A stretch of DNA of 64,000 bases from Oscillospiraceae bacterium (lineage in GTDB: Bacteria; Bacillota; Clostridia; Oscillospirales; JAAYXM01). This document shows positions 24,310 through 34,892 of the stretch, piece by piece. The DNA lies in assembly GCA_015068085.1 (NCBI GenBank), contig SVLF01000005.1, positions 3,684 through 67,683 on the forward strand. The letters run 5' to 3'. The translations under genes were made by a program, and so were the position numbers. Numbering within the stretch: position 1 is the first letter of the stretch; each line of letters starts with the position of its first letter. Below the pieces are notes generated by a model that saw nothing but the letters and a program-made list of their open reading frames with translations, had not been told where the DNA came from and did not search any database.

Positions 24310-25149
24310 TCACTCGTCCTTCTCTGTCATTATGCTGTTAAGCTCGGCACCGAGGAGGAGAATCATTCCGGCAAAGTACATCCAGAGCATAAGAAGCATT
24401 ACGGCACCGACGGAGCCGTAGAAGAGGGAAGAAGATACAATGTGGTTTACATAGAACGAAAATCCTCCGGTGAGAATAAGAAATCCGACAATGGAAAACA
24501 GCGTTCCGGGGATTGTTTCGGAAAACTTAATCTTTTTTGAGGGAATTATTTTATAAATAACAGACATTGTGAAAAACAGAATGACTGCCATTGTTATCCA
24601 ACGCCAAACAGAAAACAAATCCACAAAGGCAAAAGCAAGTGTAAGACTTGCGATAAGCTTTGAAACGAAGTCGTTTCCAAAGGCTACGAGAACAACGCAG
24701 GCGAGGAAGATAAGCGCAAATAAAAGAATGAAAATCATTGAGAAAAGAACCTGGGCGAAGAAGCCGCGCGTCTGCTCTGTATGGTATGCGCGGTTAAAGG
24801 CGCTGTTGAGTGACCTTACGGATTTTGAAGCAGAAAAAAGTGCAAGAAGAATACCGAATGAGAGAAGGCTTACGCCGCTCTGCGTATTGATATATTCCAG
24901 ATACTGAGCGATAAACGACACAATCTGCTCCGGGAAAAGCGGCTCCAAAAACGAAATTGCGGCGTTTCCGGGGATATCAAAGGATGCGATAAGCGCATTT
25001 ACGAATATAAGAAACGGGAATACGGACAGAATGAAAAAGTATGCAATCTGACCTGCGGTATAGCTTATGTTGTGTCTGCGAAAACGCGAATAGAGCTCGT
25101 GCACGATTTTCCGGGAGTGTGAAAAACATCTTTTCGGTTTGCTTAGCAT
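24310..25149 (-). CDS. YihY/BrkB (ribonuclease BN-like) family membrane protein
   Basis: About six TM segments and family-typical length and sequence feel (AGQIAYFFILSVFPFLIF). Confidence 0.7.
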   Translation of the reverse strand: MLSKPKRCFSHSRKIVHELYSRFRRHNISYTAGQIAYFFILSVFPFLIFVNALIASFDIPGNAAISFLEPLFPEQIVSFIAQYLEYINTQSGVSLLSFGILLALFSASKSVRSLNSAFNRAYHTEQTRGFFAQVLFSMIFILLFALIFLACVVLVAFGNDFVSKLIASLTLAFAFVDLFSVWRWITMAVILFFTMSVIYKIIPSKKIKFSETIPGTLFSIVGFLILTGGFSFYVNHIVSSSLFYGSVGAVMLLMLWMYFAGMILLLGAELNSIMTEKDE

Positions 25150-25249
25150 ATACGCTTCACCTCGCTCTTATTATACACCATATGCTTCGGTTTGAAAAGT
25201 ATATAATATGTGTTAATTGTAAAATGTTTTTGTATGCAAATACTTTATA

Positions 25250-25278
25250 TTGTATTTTCCGATTAATTTTGTTATAAT
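25250..25278 (+). promoter_or_regulatory. promoter candidate with extended -10 (TTGTAT-17-TGtTATAAT) for recJ
   Basis: TTGTAT 25250-25255 and TATAAT 25273-25278, preceded by TGT. Confidence 0.45.
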
Positions 25279-25309
25279 ATATAACATAAATAATAAAGGA
25301 AAAAGTGAT

Positions 25310-27349
25310 ATGAAAAATACCAAATGGATAACGGGAAAATATGACGAAGCTACGGTTGCTCTTCTCGAAGAACGTCTCGGCGTTTCGTCGCTTACGGCAA
25401 AGCTTCTTTCCGTGAGGGGAGTAACTACACCTGATGAGGCGGTTGCTTTCACCAAAAAGGATATTGAGGAATTATACGACCCCTTTCTTATGTGCGATAT
25501 GAAAAAGGCGGTTGACAGGATAGGCTCGGCGATTGCCGGCAATGAAAAAATCGCCGTTTACGGTGATTATGACGCGGACGGCGTTACGTCTACATACATA
25601 CTTGTACATTTTCTTCGCTCTCTCGGTGCGGATGTGACCTACCACATTCCGGACAGGTTTGAGGAGGGCTACGGCGTATCGCGCGGCGCGCTTGAAATGC
25701 TTGCGGAGAAGGGAGTCACTCTCGTTATAACGGTTGACACGGGGATAACTGCGATTGAAGAGTCTGCGTATGCAGCAGAGCTTGGTCTTGACCTTGTTAT
25801 AACGGACCATCACAAGTGCGCGGAAGAACTGCCGAAGGCGTGCGCAATTGTAAACCCCAACCGTGAGGACTGCACATATCCGTTCAAAACCCTTGCCGGA
25901 GTGGGCGTTGCGTTCAAGCTTATTTCGGCGATGAGCGGCGGGGTACGGGAAATCACTGAAAAATACCTTCCGTATGTATGTATAGGTACGGTTGCGGATG
26001 TTATGCCGATTATAGATGAAAACAGAATCATTGTTTCAACCGGGCTTAAGCTTATTGATGAGCGGCGCGAAGCAGGAATTTCTGCGCTTTTAGAGGAGGC
26101 GGGCACGAAGAAAAATGAGCCGCTTACAGCCGGCGCAATAGGTTTTCTTGTGGGACCGAGAATGAATGCCGCCGGACGTATGGGAAGTGCGACGCTTGCG
26201 TTGGAGCTGCTGTTTGCCGAAGGTGAAGAGGCAATGACGTTAGCCGCGCAGCTTGGAGAAAAGAACCGTGAGCGGCAGAAGTGTGAAAGCGATATCGTAA
26301 AAGAAGCTCTTGCGGTAATGGAAAAGAATCCGGAGTATAACAGCGGAAGTGCCATTGTTCTCTCAGGAGAGAACTGGCACCACGGAGTTCTCGGAATTGT
26401 GGCATCAAGAATTTGCAATATGTTCGGTAAGCCGACAATTCTTATTTCGGAAGAGGATGGGCAGTGCCGCGGCTCGGGACGCAGTGTAGAGGGAGTAAGC
26501 CTTCATTCCGCTCTCGGAAGATGCTCGCATCTGCTTGAAAAGTTTGGCGGGCATGACCTTGCCGCCGGAGTGGTTGTCAGGCGCGAGAACATAGAAGAAT
26601 TCCGTCGTCTTTTAAATGAAGAGCTGCATGAAGAAATGCGCGAGTATGTTCCGGTGCTCAATATTGATTTTGAAGCAAAAGCTAAGGAGCTTACTCTTTC
26701 CCAGCTTCACGGGCTTCGGGTTATGGAACCGTACGGGAAAGATAATGAAGCGCCGAAGCTTCGTTTGAATAAATGCAGAATAACCCGTATTGTGCCGATA
26801 GGGAATAACCGCCACACAAAGCTTACGGTTGAGTGTGCAGGAAAGTTCCAGTGCGTGTTTTTTGGACGTCGTGCAGAGGAGCTTCCGGTTTCTGAGGGCG
26901 ATATGGCAGATATCGTGTTTACGCCGGAGATAAACAATTTTCTCGGTGAAAGCGTTCAGCTTCACGTAAAGGATTTAAGACCTGTCCAGGCGGATATTTC
27001 AGAGTTTGAGCTTGCGTTTGATTGCTTGAGAGAAGCAGAAGAAGGAAGGCGGAAAGCTGAGGGCGAGATAAGCTATGAGGAGCTCGGGAAAATCTGGAGA
27101 ATGATAACCCGCGCAGACTTTGTTACCGATGCGCCTTTGCTTGCGATAAAGCGTCACGCTTTTGCCGTAACGCGGACCATAACGCTTCCGAAGCTGCTTA
27201 TTGCCATGCAGATATTCTCAGAGGTTGACCTCATGAGCTATGAAATCAGCAATTACAGGGTACGTATAAAAATAGCGGAGCATAATAATAAAGTAGACCT
27301 TAATGATTCAAAGACTTATAAACTATTTAAAAGTTGTGGGAGTAGATGA
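25310..27349 (+). CDS. recJ: single-stranded-DNA-specific exonuclease RecJ
   Basis: DHH motifs (YGDYDADGVTS, DHH at ITDHHK, GGH) and synteny with relA. Start trimmed to ATG 25310. Confidence 0.9.
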   Translation: MKNTKWITGKYDEATVALLEERLGVSSLTAKLLSVRGVTTPDEAVAFTKKDIEELYDPFLMCDMKKAVDRIGSAIAGNEKIAVYGDYDADGVTSTYILVHFLRSLGADVTYHIPDRFEEGYGVSRGALEMLAEKGVTLVITVDTGITAIEESAYAAELGLDLVITDHHKCAEELPKACAIVNPNREDCTYPFKTLAGVGVAFKLISAMSGGVREITEKYLPYVCIGTVADVMPIIDENRIIVSTGLKLIDERREAGISALLEEAGTKKNEPLTAGAIGFLVGPRMNAAGRMGSATLALELLFAEGEEAMTLAAQLGEKNRERQKCESDIVKEALAVMEKNPEYNSGSAIVLSGENWHHGVLGIVASRICNMFGKPTILISEEDGQCRGSGRSVEGVSLHSALGRCSHLLEKFGGHDLAAGVVVRRENIEEFRRLLNEELHEEMREYVPVLNIDFEAKAKELTLSQLHGLRVMEPYGKDNEAPKLRLNKCRITRIVPIGNNRHTKLTVECAGKFQCVFFGRRAEELPVSEGDMADIVFTPEINNFLGESVQLHVKDLRPVQADISEFELAFDCLREAEEGRRKAEGEISYEELGKIWRMITRADFVTDAPLLAIKRHAFAVTRTITLPKLLIAMQIFSEVDLMSYEISNYRVRIKIAEHNNKVDLNDSKTYKLFKSCGSR

Positions 27350-27355
27350 TATCTT

Positions 27356-29533
27356 ATGATGCCCGAAGGAAAATATCATGAACTGATAAGTAAAATAAAG
27401 GGATATATGCCCCAAGCGGATGAGCAGAGGATTCACGATGCATACGACCTTGCCACTGCGGCACACGAGGGGCAGAAAAGACGCGACGGCAGTGATTATG
27501 TGACTCATCCGATTGCCGTGGCGGAAATCGTTGCGGATATGGAGCTTGACACCGATTCCGTTGTATCTGCGCTTCTCCATGACTGCATTGAGGATACAGA
27601 CTTCGGATATGACAAAATCAAATCGAAATTCGGCAAAGAGGTTGCGGATATCGTGGAGGGTGTCTCAAAGCTTACCCGTATGCCATATACCAGTAAGGAG
27701 GAAGCCCAGATAGAGAACCTTCGCAAGATGTTTCTTTATATGGGAAAGGATATCCGCGTTATCCTTATAAAAATTGCAGACCGGCTTCACAATATGAGAA
27801 CTATTGAGTTTCATAAGCCGGATAAACAGCGCGAAAAGGCATTGGAAACGATGGAGGTATATGCTCCTCTTGCTCATCGCCTCGGTATGCAGAAGGTGAA
27901 GTGGGAGCTTGAAGACCGCTCTCTGCGCTGTCTTGACCCTGTGGGATACAGCGAGATTACGGAAGAGCTTGAAAAGAGAAGCGAGGAACGCGACGAATTT
28001 TTGAGCCATATAAAAGAAAGCCTTGTATCAAGGCTTGATGAGGCAGGAATATCTGCGACTCTGCAGAGCAGAGTTAAGCATATTTACAGCATTTACAGAA
28101 AAATGTACACCCAGCACAAAACGATTGATGAGGTTTACGATCTATATGCGATGCGCGTAATCGTAGAGACTGTTGCTGACTGTTACAACGTGCTCGGATT
28201 CATTCACGATATGTACCACCCCGTGCCGGGACGCTTCAAGGATTATATAAGCACGCCGAAGCCGAATATGTATCAGTCTCTCCATACCACGGTTATCGGG
28301 CGCGAGGGTATTCCTTTTGAGGTGCAGATTCGCACGCGCGATATGCACCAGACGGCGGAGTACGGTATCGCCGCGCACTGGAAATACAAATCCGGTGTCA
28401 GCAAGACGAATCTTGAGGAAAAGCTTGCGTGGGTGCGCCAGCTTCTTGAAAATCAAGAGGTTGAGGATGAAGATTTTGTCTCATCGCTCAAAACCGATAT
28501 GTTCAGTGATGAGGTATATGTTTTCACGCCGAACGGTGACGTTATAAGCCTTCCGGCCGGTTCAACGCCGATAGATTTTGCGTATTCCATCCATTCCGCT
28601 GTCGGAAACAGAATGGTTGGTGCAAAGGTCAATAACCGTATGGTTCAGCTTGATTATAAGCTCCAGAACGGTGAAATTGTAGAGGTTCTTACATCGAATG
28701 CAGGCAAGGGACCAAGCCGCGACTGGATTAAAATTGTAAAAACAGGTGAAGCTCGCAATAAAATAAAGCAGTGGTTCAAGAAAGAGTGCCGTGAAGAAAA
28801 CATTCTCCGCGGCCGCACGGAGCTTGAGCGGGAGCTTCGCCGTGAGGAAATCAATTTTGCAGACGAAGAGGTTGTCGCTGCGATTGCGACCGTTTCGGGC
28901 AGAATGTCGTTTTCAAAGGTTGACGAGCTTTTTGCGAGCATCGGTTACGGCGGAACGAAGATTTCCCGCGTTGTAAACCGTGTTAAGTCAGAGCTTGCGA
29001 GAAATGCGCCGCCACCGGAGAATGCGGATGAAGCGGTAAGAGAGAAGATTGCGGCATCTCCGAAGCCGAAAACCTCAAATTCCGGCGTTATTGTTCCGGG
29101 AGTTGAAAATTGCCTTGTAAAGTTTGCGCGCTGTTGTACGCCTATTCCGGGTGACAGCATTATCGGCTTTATAACGCGCGGATACGGTGTTTCCGTTCAC
29201 CGTTCTGACTGTCAGAACGTTGTCAACGCAATGAAGGATGCAAATGACTTAACTCGCTGGATTGCGGTTTCGTGGGCAGATGATATCAAGGATAAGTTCC
29301 AGACCTCTCTGCAGATATCTGCAAAAGACCGCAACGGTCTTGTTATGGATATTGCGGCGGTTTTGAACAACATAAAAATTCCCGTGCATCAGCTTGATGC
29401 ACGCCGCCTCGGTGACGGATATGCAGTGATCAATATAGTAATGAACACCAACGGCAAAGAACAGCTTGAATTTGTGATGAACAAGCTTCACAGCGTAACA
29501 GGTGTGATAGATGTAAAGCGTGCACTCAGTTAA
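27356..29533 (+). CDS. relA: bifunctional (p)ppGpp synthetase/hydrolase (RelA/SpoT homologue)
   Basis: HD hydrolase (HDCIEDT), synthetase region (YRSLHTTV-like QSLHTTVIG), and TGS and ACT-like C-terminus; 725 aa. Confidence 0.92.
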   Translation: MMPEGKYHELISKIKGYMPQADEQRIHDAYDLATAAHEGQKRRDGSDYVTHPIAVAEIVADMELDTDSVVSALLHDCIEDTDFGYDKIKSKFGKEVADIVEGVSKLTRMPYTSKEEAQIENLRKMFLYMGKDIRVILIKIADRLHNMRTIEFHKPDKQREKALETMEVYAPLAHRLGMQKVKWELEDRSLRCLDPVGYSEITEELEKRSEERDEFLSHIKESLVSRLDEAGISATLQSRVKHIYSIYRKMYTQHKTIDEVYDLYAMRVIVETVADCYNVLGFIHDMYHPVPGRFKDYISTPKPNMYQSLHTTVIGREGIPFEVQIRTRDMHQTAEYGIAAHWKYKSGVSKTNLEEKLAWVRQLLENQEVEDEDFVSSLKTDMFSDEVYVFTPNGDVISLPAGSTPIDFAYSIHSAVGNRMVGAKVNNRMVQLDYKLQNGEIVEVLTSNAGKGPSRDWIKIVKTGEARNKIKQWFKKECREENILRGRTELERELRREEINFADEEVVAAIATVSGRMSFSKVDELFASIGYGGTKISRVVNRVKSELARNAPPPENADEAVREKIAASPKPKTSNSGVIVPGVENCLVKFARCCTPIPGDSIIGFITRGYGVSVHRSDCQNVVNAMKDANDLTRWIAVSWADDIKDKFQTSLQISAKDRNGLVMDIAAVLNNIKIPVHQLDARRLGDGYAVINIVMNTNGKEQLEFVMNKLHSVTGVIDVKRALS

Positions 29534-29557
29534 CGAACTTTTAAGGAGGAAAAGACA

Positions 29558-30025
29558 GTGAGAGCAGTAATTACGCGGGTGAAATCCGCCAGGGTCAAGA
29601 TAGACGGAAGAACCCATTCGGAGATAGGAAACGGACTTCTTATTCTTCTCGGTGTATCAACCTCCGATTCTACGGCGGATGCAGAGTATCTTGCAAAAAA
29701 AATATCGCAGATGCGTATATTTGAGGATTCTGAGGAAAAGCTCAATCTCTCGTGCTCGCAGGTGCACGGCTCAATGATGGTTGTGTCAAACTTCACGCTG
29801 TATGCAAATACACAGAAAGGTAATCGTCCGAGCTTTGTCGATGCGGCGCGGCCGGAGCTTGCACGCCCGCTTTATGAGTATTTCGTCGCCTTGCTTCGCG
29901 ATGCGGGGTATAAGACGGAAACAGGTGTGTTCGGTGCGTATATGGAGCTTGAATCCGTAAATGACGGACCGGTTACCGTGGTAATGGATACAGAGGATGT
30001 GTTCGGAAAGGTTGAGAAGAAATGA
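29558..30025 (+). CDS. dtd: D-aminoacyl-tRNA deacylase
   Basis: MRAVITRV... and SNFTLYA... typical of Dtd. GTG start after AAGGAGG. Conserved position after relA. Confidence 0.88.
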   Translation: MRAVITRVKSARVKIDGRTHSEIGNGLLILLGVSTSDSTADAEYLAKKISQMRIFEDSEEKLNLSCSQVHGSMMVVSNFTLYANTQKGNRPSFVDAARPELARPLYEYFVALLRDAGYKTETGVFGAYMELESVNDGPVTVVMDTEDVFGKVEKK

Positions 30026-30651
30026 ACATAAAAACAATCCCTGTCGGATATCTTGGCACAAACTGCTATCTTGTGCACGAAGGGAACGATGCGGTGGTTA
30101 TTGACCCGGGAGAGGATGCGGAAAAGATTCTTGCCGCGGCAGATGAAGCCGGAGTTGAGATAAAATGTATTTTTCTTACCCACGCGCATTTTGACCACGT
30201 GCTTGCCGTTTCGGATATACAGAAGAAGACCGGGGCTGTGCTTGTGGCAAATACCGGAGAGAAGCAAAGATTGTGTGACGCACGCCTTTCCGGCGGCGGA
30301 GCTTTTGGTGAGCAGAAGTTTATCCCGCTTTATGCGGATGTGGAAATAGATGAGCGCGGCGCACTTGATGTCGGAAAAATGCGTTTTGAATTTATCAGAA
30401 CTCCGGGACACACAGAAGGCAGTATGTGCATAATATGTGATAATGTTATGTTCTCCGGTGACACGCTCTTTGCCGGAACCTGCGGAAGATGCGATCTTCC
30501 CGGAGGAGATTATGAAGAGATGCTCACTTCCCTGAAGCTGCTTTACGAGCTTCCGGGGGATATGCGTGTACTTCCCGGACACGAAAGAGAAACAACTCTT
30601 TCACACGAGCGTGTGTATAATCCCTATATGGCAGAGGCGATGAGACGGTGA
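30022..30651 (+). CDS. MBL-fold metallo-hydrolase
   Basis: THAHFDH motif and later PGHT; the start overlaps the dtd stop (ATGA). Confidence 0.85.
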   Translation: MNIKTIPVGYLGTNCYLVHEGNDAVVIDPGEDAEKILAAADEAGVEIKCIFLTHAHFDHVLAVSDIQKKTGAVLVANTGEKQRLCDARLSGGGAFGEQKFIPLYADVEIDERGALDVGKMRFEFIRTPGHTEGSMCIICDNVMFSGDTLFAGTCGRCDLPGGDYEEMLTSLKLLYELPGDMRVLPGHERETTLSHERVYNPYMAEAMRR

Positions 30652-32144
30652 AGGTATATTTAGACGGGCATGATTTTGAGTTTGCCGTGCAGCAGATATA
30701 TATGTGTATGTTCCCGAACTCCCATGCGGAATTTGAGAGCGAATGCCCGGATTGCGGTGATTTCATTAAATCCTCGCTCTCAATTCTTGAAAATACGGCA
30801 TTTTCTGAAACACAGATACGCATCGGAGAAAAGGAGAGCGCAGGAAAAGCGGAGTTTTCTCTCGGAGAAGAGCGGGATGCGGAAGAGATAAAGCGAATAA
30901 AGAAGCGCGCCATTAAGACCTCGTTTTACAGGGCGAGCCTTGCTTTTCTTCCCAAAGCGCCTGTGTGGGGGGCGCTTACGGGCGTGCGCCCGTCAAAGGT
31001 TGCGGCAAAGTATATAAATCTCGGAAAATCCGTTCCGGAAACGGCGTGTCTTATGCAGGAGGATTATTTTGTATCAAGTGACCGTGCGCTTCTTGCGGCA
31101 AAGTGTGCCGCGCGCGCAGAAAAAATGGCAGAAAACACAGGAAAGAGCGATATGTCGCTCTATGCGGGAATACCGTTTTGCGCATCACGGTGCAGATACT
31201 GCTCTTTTGTAAGCCACTCTATAGAAAAAGCAAAGCATCTTGTGTCGCCGTATCTTGGAATGCTGAAAAAAGAACTGGATGGGATTTCCGGGGCTTGCAG
31301 AGAAGCGGAACTGAAGCTCCGTTCAATATATATCGGCGGAGGAACGCCGACTGCGCTTTCAAATGAAGAGCTTTCTTTTGTTCTTGATTGTATATCCCAA
31401 AATTTTGATATAAGAAATATTGATGAATATACCGTAGAGGGCGGACGGCCGGATACGCTCAGTATTGAAAAAATACGGACGATTGCGGCATCCGGTGCAA
31501 CGCGAATAAGTGTGAATCCTCAGACGATGAATGACGATATTCTCAGGCAGATGGACAGACGGCATACAGCCGCAGATGTCGTGCGGGCAATTTCGGATGT
31601 CAGGCGCGTGGGCGGTCTTGCGATAAACACAGACCTTATTGCAGGACTTCCGAACGACACCTTCGACAGCTTTAAGCTTTCTGTTGACTCACTTATTGGT
31701 CTCCGTCCGGAGAACATAACCGTTCATACGCTTGCCGTAAAAAAAGGCTCGGAGCTGCATCGTGAAAACTATATGTTGCCTGATGGTGACGAAACTGCGC
31801 GGATGGTGGAGTATGCAATGCAGGCGCTGGGAGAGGCGGGGTACAATCCGTATTATCTGTACCGTCAGAAATATATGTCCGGAAATCTCGAAAACGTCGG
31901 ATATTCCTTGCCGGGATATGAGAGTGATTACAATAATTATATAATGGATGAGCTCCATACAATTATTTCTGCGGGAGCAGGCGGAGTGACAAAGCTTATC
32001 GACCGCGAAAACGCAAGGGTTGAGAGAATATTTAATCCCAAATACCCATATGAATACAATAATGCAGACGAAAAGATTGCCGCAACAAGGCAAAGAATAA
32101 TTGATTTTTTCAACGAACAGGAGGTGCGTGAGGATGGCACTTGA
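30648..32144 (+). CDS. hemZ: radical-SAM coproporphyrinogen-dehydrogenase-like protein (HemZ type)
   Basis: CxxxCxxC cluster motif IPFCASRCRYCSF and about 498 aa, like B. subtilis HemZ. Confidence 0.7.
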   Translation: MKVYLDGHDFEFAVQQIYMCMFPNSHAEFESECPDCGDFIKSSLSILENTAFSETQIRIGEKESAGKAEFSLGEERDAEEIKRIKKRAIKTSFYRASLAFLPKAPVWGALTGVRPSKVAAKYINLGKSVPETACLMQEDYFVSSDRALLAAKCAARAEKMAENTGKSDMSLYAGIPFCASRCRYCSFVSHSIEKAKHLVSPYLGMLKKELDGISGACREAELKLRSIYIGGGTPTALSNEELSFVLDCISQNFDIRNIDEYTVEGGRPDTLSIEKIRTIAASGATRISVNPQTMNDDILRQMDRRHTAADVVRAISDVRRVGGLAINTDLIAGLPNDTFDSFKLSVDSLIGLRPENITVHTLAVKKGSELHRENYMLPDGDETARMVEYAMQALGEAGYNPYYLYRQKYMSGNLENVGYSLPGYESDYNNYIMDELHTIISAGAGGVTKLIDRENARVERIFNPKYPYEYNNADEKIAATRQRIIDFFNEQEVREDGT

Positions 32145-33069
32145 TGTGAGAGAGATAAACGCGAGAATAAAAAGCGATCCGGTAGCTTTCGTTTCGGAAT
32201 GTGAGGAAAACTACGGGAAAAACGTAAAAGCGGCGGCGAGAAAGATTGCCGATAAGGTTTCGGACAATTGTGTTGTTCTTCTTTCGGGACCGTCAGGCTC
32301 GGGAAAGACTACTACCGCAATGAAGCTTGAGCGGGAGCTTGAGTCACTTGGTATAGGAACTGCGCTGATATCGCTGGATGATTATTTCAGAACGGTAAAG
32401 CCCGAGACGGCACCGCGGGATGAAAAAGGCGATATCGATTATGAATCTCCGCTGTGCCTTGATCTTCCTCTTCTGAATGACCACATAAAGAATATAATAG
32501 CGGGACACGAGATACTTGTTCCGAAGTTTGATTTTGCAAATCAGTGCCGCGCGGAAGTGGCGGTACCGCTTAGCCTTAAAAAGAACGAGGTTGTAATTTT
32601 TGAGGGCATCCACGCGCTTAACGACGCCATAACCGGCGCGGCGGGAGAGCATGGGCTTAAGCTTTATATCTCCGCAAGAAGCAACTTTATGAAGGATGGA
32701 AGTGTTTTTTATAAGGGAACGTGGACTCGCTTAACCCGAAGAATTGTCCGGGACGACCTTTTCCGCGGTGCGAACTCTGATTTCACGCTTTCTATATGGG
32801 ACGGAATTCGCCGCGGTGAAAAAATGTATATTTCTCCGTTTAAGGACCGGGCAGATGTCATTATTAATTCCACGCACGATTATGAAATGACGGTGTTGAA
32901 AAAACACTTGCAAAAAGCCGTAAAATCAGTACCTGCGGGCATTGCAAGATATGATGAGATAATGCGTATGCTTGATAATCTGAACGGATTTGATGATCTT
33001 GATGATAAGTTTGTGCCAGGAGACTCGCTTTTGCGCGAATTTATCGGCGGAGGAAGCTTTGAGTATTGA
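32134..33069 (+). CDS. uridine-kinase/PRK-family P-loop nucleoside kinase-like protein
   Basis: Walker A LLSGPSGSGKTTTA and LDDYF. ATG 32134 after CAGGAGG; overlaps the hemZ end. Confidence 0.6.
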   Translation: MALDVREINARIKSDPVAFVSECEENYGKNVKAAARKIADKVSDNCVVLLSGPSGSGKTTTAMKLERELESLGIGTALISLDDYFRTVKPETAPRDEKGDIDYESPLCLDLPLLNDHIKNIIAGHEILVPKFDFANQCRAEVAVPLSLKKNEVVIFEGIHALNDAITGAAGEHGLKLYISARSNFMKDGSVFYKGTWTRLTRRIVRDDLFRGANSDFTLSIWDGIRRGEKMYISPFKDRADVIINSTHDYEMTVLKKHLQKAVKSVPAGIARYDEIMRMLDNLNGFDDLDDKFVPGDSLLREFIGGGSFEY

Positions 33070-33127
33070 TTTTAAGAGCAAACGGTAGTATACTGAGAAT
33101 ATAAATGAATTTTGGGGAGGTTATCTT

Positions 33128-33523
33128 ATGAACGAGAAAATGAAAGCTATATGGGAAAAAATATGTGCGGGGGCATCACGTGCCGGAGAGTTTGCAACAA
33201 AAACTGCGGAAAACGCCGGCGAAAAAGCGAAGGATGTTGTAAATTCTTCAAAAATAAATCTCAAGATTTTTGATCTCACAACTGACATTGACATTCTTTA
33301 CAAAGAAGTTGGCAAGCTCATATATGCGGCGCATACAAATGAGGAGTCCTCGACGGAAGAGCTTGAAGCGCGCCTTCTTGCGATTGATGAGAAAATGCGC
33401 GAGATTGAGGATCTTAAGGCCTGCCTTGAGAATCGCAGGAGCGAAAAAGAGTGTGAAGCCTGCGGAAGAAAAAATGAGCCTGACAGCGCGTATTGCTCCG
33501 GTTGCGGCGAAAAGCTTGATTAA
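33128..33523 (+). CDS. coiled-coil protein with C-terminal zinc ribbon
   Basis: CEACGRKNEPDSAYCSGCGEKL at the C-terminus. Confidence 0.6.
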   Translation: MNEKMKAIWEKICAGASRAGEFATKTAENAGEKAKDVVNSSKINLKIFDLTTDIDILYKEVGKLIYAAHTNEESSTEELEARLLAIDEKMREIEDLKACLENRRSEKECEACGRKNEPDSAYCSGCGEKLD

Positions 33524-33579
33524 TCTTATTCGGCGGTGTGCAACAGCACACCGCTATGTGAATGACAGAGGAAAATGTT

Positions 33580-34851
33580 ATGGATATTCTTTTTAAAAAT
33601 GCAAGGGTAATTACCATGGACGATGCCCGCCCCGTTCTTGAAGATGCGTTTGTCGGGATAAAAGGGAGAAAAATAGAGTATGTAGGGAATTCAGAGCCTG
33701 AAGGTGAGATAAAGCGTGTGATTGATGCACGAGGAAAGGTGCTTATGCCGGGTATTGTCAATACGCACACTCATGTTCCGATGACGCTGTTCCGCGGACT
33801 TTCTGATGACTGTGAGCTTGACGTGTGGCTGCGTGAGCACATCTGGCCCGCTGAGGACAAGCTTACCTCGGAATCCGTGCGCGCAGGAACAGAGCTTGCC
33901 GTTGCCGAGATGATAGCTTCGGGAACAACCTCTTTTTCCGACAGCTATTTCTTTGTTGACGCCATTGCAGATGTTGCGCTTTCATCAGGGATTCGTGCAA
34001 ATCTCTCGCGCTCAATTGTGGGTGACGGAGAAAATTTTGATGCCATGCCGTCAGTTTCGGAGGCAAAAGAGCTTTTTTCGCGCATTCATATGGCAGATGG
34101 AGGAAGGCTTCGTGCTGATGCATCCATCCACGCGGAATACACATCGGAAACAAAATGCAGGCAAAGAGTTGCGGAAATGGCGCGTGAAAGAGGGCAAATT
34201 CTGCAGATTCACACCTCAGAAAGCAGGTCGGAGCACGAAAACTGCATCGCGAAATACGGAAAGACGCCTGCCGGACAATTCCTTGCAGAAGGGCTTTTTG
34301 AAGGCACGCGGCCGCTTCTCGCCCACTGCTGTTATATAACGGAAAACGATATGGAAATAATAAAAAGTGCCGGCGGTAGTGTGGCGCACTGCCCCGTCAG
34401 CAACTTGAAGCTTGCTTCAGGAATTGCGCCGGTACCTGCGATGCTCAATAAGGGCGTAAACGTTGGTCTTGCAACAGACGGTGTTGCAAGCAACAACAGT
34501 ACCGATATGTTTGAGGAAATAAAGCTTGCTGCTGTTTTGCACAAGGGAATAAGTGAAAATCCAACAGCGGTAAATGCATATACCGCATTGCGGATGGCGA
34601 CGGTAAACGGAGCCCTTGCGCAGGGAAGAAATGATTGCGGAAGAATAAAGGAAGGCTTTGATGCCGATGTGATTATGCTCGATTTTGACCGCCCGCATCT
34701 TATTCCGTGTCACAATGTGGCATCAAACGCCGTATATGCCGCGCGTGGAAGCGATGTCGTGATGACGATGGTTGCGGGAAAGGTGCTCTATGAGAACGGA
34801 GTGTTTACAACCATAGACATAGAGCGCGCAAAGGCTTCAATAAAGGCATAA
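33580..34851 (+). CDS. mtaD: 5-methylthioadenosine/S-adenosylhomocysteine deaminase (amidohydrolase family)
   Basis: MDILFKNARVITMD..., and the metal motif NTHTHVPMTLFRG typical of MtaD. The alternative start at 33562 is less well placed relative to GAGGAAAA. Confidence 0.75.
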   Translation: MDILFKNARVITMDDARPVLEDAFVGIKGRKIEYVGNSEPEGEIKRVIDARGKVLMPGIVNTHTHVPMTLFRGLSDDCELDVWLREHIWPAEDKLTSESVRAGTELAVAEMIASGTTSFSDSYFFVDAIADVALSSGIRANLSRSIVGDGENFDAMPSVSEAKELFSRIHMADGGRLRADASIHAEYTSETKCRQRVAEMARERGQILQIHTSESRSEHENCIAKYGKTPAGQFLAEGLFEGTRPLLAHCCYITENDMEIIKSAGGSVAHCPVSNLKLASGIAPVPAMLNKGVNVGLATDGVASNNSTDMFEEIKLAAVLHKGISENPTAVNAYTALRMATVNGALAQGRNDCGRIKEGFDADVIMLDFDRPHLIPCHNVASNAVYAARGSDVVMTMVAGKVLYENGVFTTIDIERAKASIKA

Positions 34852-34892
34852 AATACAAGAAATATACATAAATTCACATATAAGACAAAAAG